Origin: Candidatus Eiseniibacteriota bacterium
GTDB lineage: Bacteria > Eisenbacteria > RBG-16-71-46 > JABDJR01
DNA length: 64,000 nt
Assembly (NCBI GenBank): GCA_963783375.1
Contig: CAWANH010000028.1
Span: 576,001 to 640,000 of the forward strand
Direction: 5' to 3'
In this document: in pieces, positions 39,689 to 49,904 of the stretch
How the letters are laid out: each line of letters starts with the position of its first letter
How positions within the stretch are numbered: the first letter of the stretch is position 1
The notes under the pieces: model-generated
The model's database searches: none
What the model was told of the DNA's origin: nothing
Seen by the model: the letters and a program-made list of their open reading frames with translations, nothing else
Made by a program: the position numbers and the translations under genes

Positions 39689-40399
39689 ATGTTAGGCTTG
39701 AAATCATCAGCTTCTACCTTCGGCGCATGCCTGGCTGCGGCGGCGATGATCTCCGGCTGTTCCGCGGGAAGGCCCGGGGACGGATCCGTGTCGAGGGACC
39801 GGAACGCTCCGGCCATGGCGGCCGCCGACCGGGACGCGGGAGCGGATCCCGCCCGAATGCAATCGGAAGCCGGCGCGGGCAAGGCCGATCGGAGCGGCAC
39901 GACCATGAGCGATCGGAACACCATGGACAAGGACGGGAAGAGCGAGGGGATGATGAGCGGCGAGAAGACGATGAATCCGGACGGGAAGATCGTGAAGAGC
40001 GAGGCTGAATGGAAGAAGGAACTCACTCCGGAGGAGTACCGCGTGACCCGGGAGAAAGGCACCGAGATGGCCTTCACCGGTAAGTACTGGAACGAGCACC
40101 GGGCGGGGATCTACGTCTGCGTGGCCTGCGGGGAACCGCTCTTCAGCTCCGACACCAAGTACGACTCGGGATCGGGCTGGCCGAGCTTCTGGGATCCGAT
40201 CGACGAGCACAACGTCGATACGGTCCGGGACCGGAGCCTCGGGATGGCCCGAACCGAGGTCACCTGCCACCGATGCGGCGCCCACCTCGGACACGTCTTC
40301 AACGACGGCCCCAGGCCGACCGGCCTTCGCTACTGCATCAACTCCGCCGCGCTCGAGTTCGACCCGGCCAAGGACAAGCCCGGGTCCGGAACCCCCTGA
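39689..40399 (+). CDS. msrB: Peptide-methionine (R)-S-oxide reductase MsrB with N-terminal lipoprotein-like extension
   Basis: '[20 protein letters not shown]', 'CVACG', 'SGSGWPSF', '[19 protein letters not shown]'; N-terminal 'AMISG-C'. Confidence 0.9.
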   Translation: MLGLKSSASTFGACLAAAAMISGCSAGRPGDGSVSRDRNAPAMAAADRDAGADPARMQSEAGAGKADRSGTTMSDRNTMDKDGKSEGMMSGEKTMNPDGKIVKSEAEWKKELTPEEYRVTREKGTEMAFTGKYWNEHRAGIYVCVACGEPLFSSDTKYDSGSGWPSFWDPIDEHNVDTVRDRSLGMARTEVTCHRCGAHLGHVFNDGPRPTGLRYCINSAALEFDPAKDKPGSGTP

Positions 40400-40580
40400 C
40401 CGTGCCCGGGCGGCCCCGGGGATCGGGACGGCCCGGTCCGGTCCCCGGGGACGCCCGACCACGCGGCAACGCGTTTCGGGACATGGGGATGGGTTCGAAC
40501 CCCGACCATCCGTGCGGAACTCCGTAACCGATCCCCCGACCCTGCATCCCTCCCGGTGAACCTCATTCGAGCAAGGGAGG

Positions 40581-40976
40581 ATGACGCAAGTGGAAATGGA
40601 AATCGTGTTCCCCCACGGGGATAGGGTGGACGCAAAGATGGGCTCCATGGTCATCACGACCGATCAGGACGGCTCCGCGCCCGCCCCCTTTCAGCTCTTT
40701 CTGGCGTCGATCGGGACCTGCGCCGGGATCTACGTGTCGAGCTTCTGCCGGCAGCGGGGGATCCCCACCGACGACATTCGGATCCGCCAGCGGATGCGGG
40801 CCAATCCCACCACCCGGATGGTGGAGCAGATCGATCTGGACATCGTCCTTCCCGAGACCTTTCCCGAGCAGTACAAGGAGGCGGTGATCCGGTCCGCCCA
40901 GCTCTGCGCGGTGAAAAAGCACCTGGAGCACCCGCCGGCCATCGCGGTCCGGACCGTCACCGAGGCCGCCGTCTAG
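40581..40976 (+). CDS. OsmC-like protein
   Basis: 'TDQDGSAPAPFQLFLASIGTCAGIYV..FC', 'LCAVKKHL'. Confidence 0.85.
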   Translation: MTQVEMEIVFPHGDRVDAKMGSMVITTDQDGSAPAPFQLFLASIGTCAGIYVSSFCRQRGIPTDDIRIRQRMRANPTTRMVEQIDLDIVLPETFPEQYKEAVIRSAQLCAVKKHLEHPPAIAVRTVTEAAV

Positions 40977-41336
40977 CCCGCCCGGGGCTCCTGAAGTTTC
41001 GTTGCGAGACCTCCGGTCCGGGGGGCACGGCTCCCCGGACCGGCGCATACACAGCCCTTAGGCCGCTGCCCGACCCGGGTTCTGAGCGAAGTCGCCGCGA
41101 TTTCGGGGCGCTCCTTCAGACTCAGCCCGATCGGGCGGCGGCCCGTTCTTTTCCGCGTCCGCCGGAACAAGTCTTCCCGATCCCTCCACCACCCTTCCCT
41201 TCCGTGCTAGTCTCCTACGCTTTGACTCGAATCCACGAGGTTCCGGCGGGATGCGCCCGCCCCGGCGAGGCTTCCGGCCGCGCCGCCGCGCCTCGTGACG
41301 ACGGGCGGACACAAGCGAAGGAGTCGGACGGATACC

Positions 41337-41738
41337 ATGCTGGGCTTTGAGAACCCGGCCACCTATACCCGGGTGGGGATCATCTACATCATCCTGAGCC
41401 TACCCGCCTGGGGGCTCCTGATCGCCGGGAAGCTGTTCGAGATCCGGAACTTCTATCTCCTCATCTCGGTCATGGGGCTGCCCCTCGGCGCGCTCTTCCT
41501 GGGGTTCGGGACCGGGCGCCGGGCCCTCAATTCCCGCAGCGACAACGCGCTCCGAATCTCCTACATCGCCCTGGCTTTCATCGCCTTCCTGTTCCTCTTC
41601 GAGCTCATGGTCCGGGGCGGGGCTTCGCTCTTCATCACCGCGGTCCTGTTTTGCGCGATGGCCGGGTCGTTCCTGTCGCTCCTGACCCTGGTGTTCCTCG
41701 TCGCCGCGCTCTTTCCCGAACGCCCGCCGGATCGCTGA
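41337..41738 (+). CDS. Hypothetical four-TM membrane protein
   Basis: RBS AAGGAG; four hydrophobic segments; directly upstream of the ClC gene. Confidence 0.65.
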   Translation: MLGFENPATYTRVGIIYIILSLPAWGLLIAGKLFEIRNFYLLISVMGLPLGALFLGFGTGRRALNSRSDNALRISYIALAFIAFLFLFELMVRGGASLFITAVLFCAMAGSFLSLLTLVFLVAALFPERPPDR

Positions 41739-41742
41739 CGCC

Positions 41743-43836
41743 ATGTCTACGCACCATCACGGCTCCAACCAGATCGTCCGGCGCCTGCGGCTCATGCTGC
41801 TGAAGGGGGAGCGGCGACTCGGATCGATAGGGCACCAGATCAGGACCCCCGAGAACACCGTTACCCTCGCGGTGGCCGCGCTCATCGGCATCCTGGCCGG
41901 GCTGGGGTCGGTCGTGCTTCGCGAGCTGATCTTCTACTTCCAGCGTCTCGGGTATCACGTGCAATCCCCGTCGGTGGCCTACCTGACGGCGCTGCCCTGG
42001 TGGCTCAAGCTGGTGATCCCTACCGTGGGCGGGCTCGGGGTGGGGCTCATCGTCCGCTACTTCGCCCCCGAGGCGAAGGGGCACGGCGTTCCCGAGGTCA
42101 TGGAAGCGGTGGCGGTGCGCGGCGGCATGATCCGCAAGCGCGTCTCCATCGCCAAGGCGGTGGCCTCGGCGCTCAGCATCGCCAGCGGCGGGTCCACCGG
42201 TCGCGAGGGGCCGATCATCCAGATCGGCGCGGCCATCGGATCCACCATCGGCCGCTACGTGGGGCTCAATCCCCAACGGGTGAAGGTGTACGTGGCCTGC
42301 GGGGCGGCGGCGGGGATCGCCTCCGCCTTCAACGCCCCCCTGGCCGGAGCCATTTTCGCCGCCGAGATCATCCTCGCCGACTTCGGGGTGCCCCGGCTGG
42401 GACCGGTGGTGGTGGCTTCGGTGTCGGCCACCGCCATGTCCCGGTCCCTCCTGGGCGACGAGCGCGCCTTCGTCGTTCCCGCCTACCAGCTCAAGACGGC
42501 CTGGGAATTCCTACCCTACCTGCTCCTCGGCCTCCTGTGCGGCCTGACCGCGGTGGCCTTCATCAAGCTCCTCTACAAGGTGGAGGACCGGTTCGACAAC
42601 AGCCGGATCCCCTCAGTGGCGCGTCCCGCGGTGGGCGGATTCATGGTCGGAATCATCTCCCTGGCGGTGCCGCAGATCCTGGGAATCGGCTACGAGGGGA
42701 TCACCAACGCGGTCCTCGGGGAAGGCGTGTGGTACGTCCTCATGGGATTGGCGGTGGCCAAACTGGTGGCCACCAGCATCACCCTGGGATCGGGCGGATC
42801 GGGGGGGATCTTCGCGCCCAGCCTCTTCCTGGGGGCCACGGTGGGCGGAGCCCTCGGACACGTCGTGCACAGCCTCTTCCCGGATGTAACCGCGGCCCAC
42901 GGAGCCTATGCCCTGGTCGGGATGGGAGGGGTGGTGGCCGCCACCACCCACGCCCCCATCACCGCGATCCTGATCCTCTTCGAGATGACCGGAAGCTACA
43001 AGATCATCCTCCCCCTCATGTTCACGGTGATCGGCGCGGTCTTCCTGAGCAGCCGGTTGAACCGGGAGTCCATCTATACCGAGAAGCTGGCGCGCCGGGG
43101 CCTGGACGTGCGCGGCGGCCGGGAGATGAACGTGCTCCGCGCCCAGAAGGTCCACGAGGTCATGAAGGATTCCGTGGAGGTGGTGCCGGTGACCGCGCCC
43201 ATGTCGGATCTGGTGAGCCGGGCGGTGGAAAGCCCCCACACCCAGTTCTTCGTGAAGGACGGAAAAGACAGGTTCGTCGGGGTGATCCATGCCGCCGAGG
43301 TGCGCCGGGTGCTGTTCGAACGAAGCCTGGGCGGGGTGGTGATCGCCGCCGACCTCATGGAGCCGGTCTCCATGTACCTGGTGCCCGACGACTCCCTGGA
43401 TCAGGCCATGCGCCTGTTCGGCCAGTCCTCCAACGAGGAGATCCCGGTGGTGGACCACCTCGAACCGGGGGAGCTTCTGGGAGTGCTTTCCCGCGCCGAT
43501 TGCATCGACGCCTACAACCGGGCCATCTCCCGCCTGGATGCCGCCGGCGAGATCGCCTACGGGAGCAAGCTCCTGGGGCGGACCCACGAAATCACCGTTT
43601 CCGAGGGATTCCGGATGTTGGAGCTGGAGACCCCCGCCGCTTTCCACGGGAAGGACCTCCGGAGCCTCGAGCTTCCCACCCGCCACGGGGTGCAGGTCCT
43701 GCTGGTCCGGCGTACCCATCTCCAGAAGGGAACGCTGGACTCCATACCCCCGCGCGCGGATCTCGTCCTGCGGCCGGGAGATCACCTGATCCTGGCCGGC
43801 CCTCCCGAAGCCATCGCGCGATTCAAGAGCTTCTGA
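41743..43836 (+). CDS. ClC chloride channel/antiporter with CBS pair and TrkA-C domain
   Basis: 'GHGVPEV', 'GREGP', 'GGIFAP', 'SIYTEKL', CBS repeats, C-terminal 'GKDLRSLEL...LRPGDHL'. Confidence 0.92.
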   Translation: MSTHHHGSNQIVRRLRLMLLKGERRLGSIGHQIRTPENTVTLAVAALIGILAGLGSVVLRELIFYFQRLGYHVQSPSVAYLTALPWWLKLVIPTVGGLGVGLIVRYFAPEAKGHGVPEVMEAVAVRGGMIRKRVSIAKAVASALSIASGGSTGREGPIIQIGAAIGSTIGRYVGLNPQRVKVYVACGAAAGIASAFNAPLAGAIFAAEIILADFGVPRLGPVVVASVSATAMSRSLLGDERAFVVPAYQLKTAWEFLPYLLLGLLCGLTAVAFIKLLYKVEDRFDNSRIPSVARPAVGGFMVGIISLAVPQILGIGYEGITNAVLGEGVWYVLMGLAVAKLVATSITLGSGGSGGIFAPSLFLGATVGGALGHVVHSLFPDVTAAHGAYALVGMGGVVAATTHAPITAILILFEMTGSYKIILPLMFTVIGAVFLSSRLNRESIYTEKLARRGLDVRGGREMNVLRAQKVHEVMKDSVEVVPVTAPMSDLVSRAVESPHTQFFVKDGKDRFVGVIHAAEVRRVLFERSLGGVVIAADLMEPVSMYLVPDDSLDQAMRLFGQSSNEEIPVVDHLEPGELLGVLSRADCIDAYNRAISRLDAAGEIAYGSKLLGRTHEITVSEGFRMLELETPAAFHGKDLRSLELPTRHGVQVLLVRRTHLQKGTLDSIPPRADLVLRPGDHLILAGPPEAIARFKSF

Positions 43837-43918
43837 CCCGGGCTCGCGCCGCGGTGGTGTCGATCAGGGGCGCCGGGGATGGGACGCGCGGAGCGGCGGC
43901 GGGCCCGGGCGGGGCGGC

Positions 43919-44440
43919 TCACGGCGCCGGGCGGGACCTCGCCGCCGCCCGGCGAAGCCGTTCCAGGGTGACCTCTTTTCCCCCGTAGCCCGCCAGGATC
44001 ACCGGATTCCTTCCGGCGGGATCGGTGACCACGAGGGTGGGAAAGGAGGTCACGCCGAACCGTTTCTGGAGCGCGGCGACGGCATGGGAGTTCCGCCCGT
44101 CCTCGGCCACCCGATCCGCGACCCGGACGGGAACGAACAGGCGGTCGATTTCCGCCGCGGCCGCGGAATCGGCGAAGACGCTTCGCTCGAGCGCCCGACA
44201 GGGACCGCACCATGCCGCGGTGAAATCGTAGAGGACCGGCTTCCGCGCCGCCATGCCCATCAACGGGCCGGCCTCGGGAGAGCGCCAGGTCACCCGGTCC
44301 CGGATCTCCCCCGCCTTTCCCGAATGGTTCACCATCCCCAGAGCCGCCCGTCCGGCCAGGAGCGCGGCGGCCAACGCCACCAGGAGCCGCGGGGTGCGCC
44401 GGGTGGAGAGCGCGGCCGCTCCCGGGTCAATCCGCGGCAT
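43919..44440 (-). CDS. Membrane-anchored thioredoxin-family protein
   Basis: 'VLYDFTAAWCGPC', 'FPTLVV'. Confidence 0.85.
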   Translation of the reverse strand: MPRIDPGAAALSTRRTPRLLVALAAALLAGRAALGMVNHSGKAGEIRDRVTWRSPEAGPLMGMAARKPVLYDFTAAWCGPCRALERSVFADSAAAAEIDRLFVPVRVADRVAEDGRNSHAVAALQKRFGVTSFPTLVVTDPAGRNPVILAGYGGKEVTLERLRRAAARSRPAP

Positions 44441-45131
44441 AGGAGATCTCTTTCCGATTCACCGCCGCCACGGCCAGGGCAAGCGCGAGGGTGACGGTCG
44501 AGAAATAGGAGACGACGCGGAACCAGTCCGGGTCCCCGGCGAGGATCGCGTGGAGGTTCGGGTCCGGGGTCAGGAACCCGACCATCTCGGCGGCCACCCC
44601 GCGAAGGGTCCGGCTTCCGACCATGCCGCCCACGGTGTCGAGGAAATAGCCGATGAAGGAGAATGCGACGTAGAGGCCCAGGTCACCGAACCCGTTCAGG
44701 AGCGACGAAAAGAGAACGAAGACCGCGGCCACCCCGAAAGCGGTGAACACGTGCTCCGGGAACTGGAGCGCCCAGGCTGCCGGTGTCATTCCGCCGCCAT
44801 GGAGCGCTCCGATCCCGGCGAGGAGGATCTCCGCGGAGGCGATGACGGCGCCGGCGATTCCGAGTCCCACCCACCGGCTGATCACGTATTCGCTGCGCCG
44901 GATGGGTCGGGTGAAGAGGACCTGGAGCACGCCGGCGGAGACATCCCGACCGACGATCCCCGCGCCCAGGATCATCACCAGGACCGCGGTCGAACCGGTC
45001 CCGACCCGTCCCCCGCCCGATCCGATGAAGCTGGGGAGGATCGCCATGGCCGCGAAGACGGCGACCAGGGCGATCCGGGGCGGCGAGACCAGCCACCGAT
45101 CGAAGGTGGCGACGATCAGGGTCCGGTTCAC
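44427..45131 (-). CDS. ABC-2 type transporter permease
   Basis: Six TM segments, 'GVLQVLFTRPIRRSEY'; GTG start overlapping the ATPase stop. Confidence 0.85.
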   Translation of the reverse strand: MNRTLIVATFDRWLVSPPRIALVAVFAAMAILPSFIGSGGGRVGTGSTAVLVMILGAGIVGRDVSAGVLQVLFTRPIRRSEYVISRWVGLGIAGAVIASAEILLAGIGALHGGGMTPAAWALQFPEHVFTAFGVAAVFVLFSSLLNGFGDLGLYVAFSFIGYFLDTVGGMVGSRTLRGVAAEMVGFLTPDPNLHAILAGDPDWFRVVSYFSTVTLALALAVAAVNRKEISYAAD

Positions 45132-46060
45132 GAGGGCTCCTCCTCCAGGAAGAGACGCTCCAGCCGGCTCTCCTCGGGCACCGCCTCCACGACCCGATGC
45201 CCCGCGCCTACCAGGGCGGCGAGGAGTGCGGCGGCGTCCGCGTCGGTCTTCACCGTGAACACGGCCCCGAGGGACCGGAAATCCGCGAGGCGGGCCCCGG
45301 AGGCCTCGGCGAGGGCGGACACCGCGTCCCGGGTCCAGCCGGGACGGCCGCCCCCCATGGTGAGCCGGACCCGCAGGAGACGCGCCCGGGTGGTTCCCGC
45401 GTTCAGAGTCTCCACCGAGTCGACCTTTCCCCGCCGGACGAAGATCACCCGGGTGCAGGTCCGCTCCACCTGATCGACGTGGTGGGAGTTGAGGACGATG
45501 GTGGCGCCTTCGTCGCGAAGTTCGCCAAGCAGGCGTCGGAAGAGGACCGTACCCCCCGGATCGAGTCCCGAGGTGGGCTCGTCCAGGAACAGGTAGCGGG
45601 GGCGGCCGAGCATGGCCTGGGCCAGGCCCAGGCGTTGAAGCATCCCGCGGGAGTACTTCCCGATCCGGCGCCGCCCCGCCTCCGCCGGGAGTCCCACCCG
45701 GGAAAGGGCGGCCGCGACGTCGCCCGCCCGTCGCGCCGGATCGAGCCGGGTCAGGGCATGGTGAAAGCGGAGAAGATCCGAACCGGTCCTCCACCGGTCC
45801 AGGGCGGGGCGCTCGGGGAGGTACCCGGTCCCGGCGCGGACGGGAAGGGAATCGGGTGGGAAACCGTCCAGGGTGATCCGGCCCGAGTCCGGACGCAGGA
45901 ATCCCAGGAGGCATCCCATGAGGGTGGTCTTCCCCGCGCCGTTGGGACCGATGACGCCGATCGCCTCCCCCGGGGCCACTTCGAAGCTGATGCCGTCGAG
46001 CGCGAGCACCGAGCCGCCGCGATACCTCTTGACCAGGTCGTGAACCTCGATTCCGGGCAT
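45128..46060 (-). CDS. ABC transporter ATP-binding protein
   Basis: GPNGAGKTT, 'YSRGMLQR', 'FLDEPTSGLD'. Confidence 0.92.
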   Translation of the reverse strand: MPGIEVHDLVKRYRGGSVLALDGISFEVAPGEAIGVIGPNGAGKTTLMGCLLGFLRPDSGRITLDGFPPDSLPVRAGTGYLPERPALDRWRTGSDLLRFHHALTRLDPARRAGDVAAALSRVGLPAEAGRRRIGKYSRGMLQRLGLAQAMLGRPRYLFLDEPTSGLDPGGTVLFRRLLGELRDEGATIVLNSHHVDQVERTCTRVIFVRRGKVDSVETLNAGTTRARLLRVRLTMGGGRPGWTRDAVSALAEASGARLADFRSLGAVFTVKTDADAAALLAALVGAGHRVVEAVPEESRLERLFLEEEPS

Positions 46061-46195
46061 GATTCTCGGCTCTTCCGAACGGGGATCGCGGAAGTCGAGA
46101 ACAACTATAGGGACAGGTATTGGAAGGTTCAACCGGGCGCACAAATTTCCTGTTATCACGCACCCAGAAATTCGCGTAGGCATTCGAGCCCGCCC

Positions 46196-46224
46196 TTGAC
46201 AGCCCGGCGGGGCACGCCTAGCGT
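46196..46224 (+). promoter_or_regulatory. sigma70-type promoter TTGACA-17bp-TAGCGT
   Basis: Perfect -35 with canonical spacing upstream of the ORF at 46350. Confidence 0.5.
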
Positions 46225-46349
46225 CCTCCGCGAGAGGCTGCGGAGGAAGGGGGGCCGCGGCGCGCCATCGGCGCCTCCGTCCCGGGACGGACCGGGATTT
46301 CGAGCGTCGCCGGGCTCGCCCGCGGGCATATCGCGCGGGGATCAACATC

Positions 46350-47009
46350 ATGAATCGGAACGTTTTCCTGGGCTGCCTCGGAGTGGCGGTCGTGGTGGTG
46401 CTGGTGGCCGGCACCCTGTTCTATCTGAACGTCATCCGCCCCACCCGCGCCATCCTGCCCGACCTTCAACAGCTCGGCGAACTCGAGGCCATGAACGCGC
46501 AGATCACCGCGAAGGATTCCTTCACCCCGCCGCCGGACGGTTCCCTCACCCCCGAGGAGCTGGACCGGTTCGTCCACGTCCAGACCGAGATGAAGGACTC
46601 CCTGGGGACTACCTTCCTGCCTCTCGACGCCAAGGCCCACCGGGTGCGAAGCCTCGAGGAGGGGGACAAAGGGGGCCGGGTGGGGCTCCGGGACGCCATA
46701 CGTTCCTTCGAGGGCCTTGGTCCGCTCATGGTCGAGGCCAAGCAAGCGCAGGTGGCCGCTCTCAACGATCAGGAGTTCTCGTACGGCGAGTACCGCTGGG
46801 TGCGCGAGCGCTTCTACCGCGCCCGGGGCTACCAGGACGTGGGGCTCTACCTCGAGGACTTCGCGCGGAGCCTGGGGAAGGGGAAGATGCCCAGCCCGCC
46901 ATCGGCCACCGACACGACCTCCGTCGTACCGTCGGCGGACCGGACGCTCACCTCGGCCTATGCGGATTCGGTGAACGCCTGGTACCCATTCCTGGTGTTC
47001 GGGCTCTAG
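46350..47009 (+). CDS. Hypothetical membrane-anchored protein
   Basis: N-terminal TM 'FLGCLGVAVVVVLVAG'; host-like codon usage. Confidence 0.7.
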   Translation: MNRNVFLGCLGVAVVVVLVAGTLFYLNVIRPTRAILPDLQQLGELEAMNAQITAKDSFTPPPDGSLTPEELDRFVHVQTEMKDSLGTTFLPLDAKAHRVRSLEEGDKGGRVGLRDAIRSFEGLGPLMVEAKQAQVAALNDQEFSYGEYRWVRERFYRARGYQDVGLYLEDFARSLGKGKMPSPPSATDTTSVVPSADRTLTSAYADSVNAWYPFLVFGL

Positions 47010-47090
47010 GCGGGCGAATTCCCTCTCCGGAAAACGCGCCGTCTGCGCGCCGCTCTGCGGTTCCCGCCGGGCACCCGGGGAAACTGGGCA

Positions 47091-48419
47091 CTAGCGCCCG
47101 TCCGGGGCCGACGTCCCCACGCCGTCCCGGAACCGGCTCCAGAAGTCGGATTCCCGTAGCGGCGGCCACGCGTTCAATCGGCCCCAGATAGGCCGCATGC
47201 GGTTCCGGAACTCTTCGGGGGAGAGGTTTTCGGAGTCGGGGTCGCCGCCCTTCAGCCGGTTGTCGAGGAAGACGTTGCCCGCGATGGGGAAGGCGGACGG
47301 TACCGCGTGGCGGGCGATCGGCATCTGGTAGCAGTAGGGCTCGCCGCTGTCGTAGCGGGGGTCCTGGCCGGTCCGGACCAGCACGTTCTGCACGAATCGT
47401 CCGGGGGGAGGCGGAAGCTCGCTCCCCCGAACGATCGACGCCCCGCAGGCGCCGGTGTCGTACACCACGTTCCGTTCGTAGATCCCCGCCGGACGCCCGT
47501 AGCCGGCGTCCCACAGGGTGAGGCCCCAGGTGGCCACGTGCTCCACCACGTTCTCGCGCGCGGTCAGCTGGGCGTCCACGAAGGCCCCGATCCCCTTCCA
47601 GTAGCGTCGGACCAGGTTCCCCTGGACGGTGGCGAAGGCGTTCCAGGTGCATCCGATGCCCACCCCGCGCCCGCCCCCGATCCGGGAGCCGCGAGCCAGA
47701 TCCACACCGTCGATGACGTTGGCTTCGATCACCGCCTGCGCCCCCCGGTAGAGGGCGATGCCGTCCCAGGAATTGCGGAGGATGCGGTTCCCGCGCAGGG
47801 TCATCACCGAGCCCTCGCGCCCGCACACCCCGATGATCCCCACCACGGTCCTGGTCACCGTGGTGGAGTCGCCGATATTGTCGCGGATGATGCAGTTGGA
47901 GAGGCTCACCGATCCGCGCTTGACCACGATCGCCGCATCGGTGGCCGAGGCCGCGGTGTCGCGCTCGCCCCCGGTCACCGTCACCCCGCTGATCGCGCAG
48001 TTGTGGCAGTCCTCGAACAGAATGCCGTAACCGGCGTGGGTGCGGATCACCGCCTGCCCGTCGCCGGGTCCGAGGATCCGGAGATCGTCGCCCTTGACGA
48101 TCATCCCCACCGTGGCCGTGACCTGGGTGGACTCCACCGGGCAGTTCCCGCAGGTCGGCTCGATGTAGGGCTCGGGCGCAAGGTCGTAGATCCCCGGGGC
48201 CAGCCGGATCACCGTGCCGGGAGCGGCCTGGGCCACCGCGTCTTCCAGGGTTCCCACCGAGTCCGCCGCGGCGGAGTCGGGGGGCGCCACCGGCACCTCG
48301 GCGGCGCGGGCGGGGGGGAGCGCGACCGTGCCGAGCACGCCGGTGAGAAGGACCGCTCCGAGGCCCCGGAGCGCCCGCCGCCATGCCCGGACCGGCTTCA
48401 GGATATCCTCAGTCGCCAT
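47091..48419 (-). CDS. Exported right-handed parallel beta-helix protein
   Basis: Signal-like N-terminus, 'GTVIRLAPGIY', repeated N-x-I/V beta-helix rungs. Confidence 0.75.
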   Translation of the reverse strand: MATEDILKPVRAWRRALRGLGAVLLTGVLGTVALPPARAAEVPVAPPDSAAADSVGTLEDAVAQAAPGTVIRLAPGIYDLAPEPYIEPTCGNCPVESTQVTATVGMIVKGDDLRILGPGDGQAVIRTHAGYGILFEDCHNCAISGVTVTGGERDTAASATDAAIVVKRGSVSLSNCIIRDNIGDSTTVTRTVVGIIGVCGREGSVMTLRGNRILRNSWDGIALYRGAQAVIEANVIDGVDLARGSRIGGGRGVGIGCTWNAFATVQGNLVRRYWKGIGAFVDAQLTARENVVEHVATWGLTLWDAGYGRPAGIYERNVVYDTGACGASIVRGSELPPPPGRFVQNVLVRTGQDPRYDSGEPYCYQMPIARHAVPSAFPIAGNVFLDNRLKGGDPDSENLSPEEFRNRMRPIWGRLNAWPPLRESDFWSRFRDGVGTSAPDGR

Positions 48420-49023
48420 GGCGCTCCCTCAAGTAAGGGGAAAGCCGGAGCAGAAGCTGGACGCGCTCGAACTCGTCCACCCATTCCGCAATCCCCGCGC
48501 GCACCTCGTCCGCATCGAGGGGAGCGGGGCCGATCGGACAAGCGGGGCCGAGCTGGTTCCGGGCCATGGCCCGATAAGCGGCCAGGGAACGGTCCCCGTA
48601 GCGGCTCACCTCGAAGAAATCCTCGTTCAGGAACACCGCCACCGGCACCTTGGCCGCCCCGCTCAAACGAAGCTCGTCCCGAAGCTCGGGGTTCCCGTCG
48701 CGATCCAGGATGCGGAGGGTGACCGCGGGCGCCGCTTCCTCGATCCGCCGGAGGATGGGAACCTGACGCACGCAGTCACCGCACCAGACGCCGGAAAGAA
48801 CCAGCAGGTTCACCCGGCGGTCGAGCGAGGCGAGGAGGGCGCGTTGATCGTCGCTCAACTGCAGTTGCTCGTCCGCCTCGCGCCAGCGGGCCCGGTGCTG
48901 CTCCTTGGCGCCGCCCACGTATTCGTCGTAGGAAAGCCCCTTCTCGAACCAACCGCGGAAGAAATCGGTCCGGCGGTCGAAGTACTTGCTGGTGTCCAGG
49001 TGCGGGTCTGCGGCCATGGGCAT
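48409..49023 (-). CDS. Thioredoxin-like protein
   Basis: 'LSGVWCGDCVRQVP', 'KVPVAVFL'. Confidence 0.82.
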   Translation of the reverse strand: MPMAADPHLDTSKYFDRRTDFFRGWFEKGLSYDEYVGGAKEQHRARWREADEQLQLSDDQRALLASLDRRVNLLVLSGVWCGDCVRQVPILRRIEEAAPAVTLRILDRDGNPELRDELRLSGAAKVPVAVFLNEDFFEVSRYGDRSLAAYRAMARNQLGPACPIGPAPLDADEVRAGIAEWVDEFERVQLLLRLSPYLRERHGD

Positions 49024-49203
49024 GATCCTTCCGGTCCCCCGAAAACAAACGACGAAGCGCAAGAGGGTTGATGGTAGCACGGAGGGGACGGAAGGCGCGG
49101 CGCGCCCCGGAAGGCGTTTCCCGCCCGGACCGTTCACGGACCGGCTGCGGCGACGGTGATTCGATCGCCGGCTCGGCCGGCGCCCGGACCGAACCGGGCC
49201 CGC

Positions 49204-49902
49204 TCAGACCAGCGCGCGCTTCACCGCGCGGAGCACGCGATCGAGATCCTCGGGTTTGAGCTTTCCGGTGAAGGTGTTCTGCTGGCTGGGATGGTAGGTG
49301 TCGAAGAGCGCGGGGCCGACGGGAAGCGTGTGTTGCGCACCGTGTCCGAAGGGGTGGTCCTTCATGGTGAGAGCCGTACCGCGCTCCTTCAGGTGCCGCA
49401 GGTAGGCGTCGTGGGCGAACTTCCCCAGGGCGAGGACCACCCGGAGCCGGGGGAGGTTCGCCAGTTCCTCGACCAGGTACTCCCGGCAGTTTTCGGTTTC
49501 CCGCGGGGCGGGCTTGTTGGCGGGCGGGGCGCACCGTACCGCGGCCGCCACGAACGCATCGGTCAGACGAAGGCCGTCGTCGCGCGAGTCGGAGTTCGGC
49601 TGGTTGGCGAAACCGGCGCGATGCAATGCGGCGAAGAGGAAATCCCCGGAGCGGTCCCCGGTGAACACCCGCCCGGTGCGGTTGGCGCCGTGGGCGGCGG
49701 GGGCGAGCCCCAGCACGTAGACCCGGGCCCGGGGATCCCCGAACCCCGGCACCGGCTTCCCCCAGTAGTCCCAGTCCGCGAACGAACGCCGCTTCTCCCG
49801 GGCGATGCGTTCGCAGTAGGTCCGGAGCCGGGCGCAACGGCTGCAGGCGACCACCCGCTTTTCCAGTGCGGCGAGCTTCCGTTCGGCGTTGGGCCGGGCC
49901 AT
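49204..49902 (-). CDS. udgB: Uracil-DNA glycosylase, family 5 (UdgB-like, Fe-S)
   Basis: 'CSRCARL', 'GLAPAAHGANRTGRVFTGD', 'VRCAPPANKP', 'YHPSQQNT'. Confidence 0.9.
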   Translation of the reverse strand: MARPNAERKLAALEKRVVACSRCARLRTYCERIAREKRRSFADWDYWGKPVPGFGDPRARVYVLGLAPAAHGANRTGRVFTGDRSGDFLFAALHRAGFANQPNSDSRDDGLRLTDAFVAAAVRCAPPANKPAPRETENCREYLVEELANLPRLRVVLALGKFAHDAYLRHLKERGTALTMKDHPFGHGAQHTLPVGPALFDTYHPSQQNTFTGKLKPEDLDRVLRAVKRALV

Positions 49903-49904
49903 CC

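Noticed and set aside
40487-40511. GGGTTCGAACCCC resembling a tRNA T-arm
   Set aside because: Only a 3-bp stem; no acceptor, D or anticodon arms can be built around it.
41743-43836. ClC as a fluoride exporter (CLC-F) with a fluoride riboswitch
   Set aside because: Motifs are GHGVP/GREGP/Y rather than GNNLI/GREGT, and no riboswitch consensus was seen upstream.
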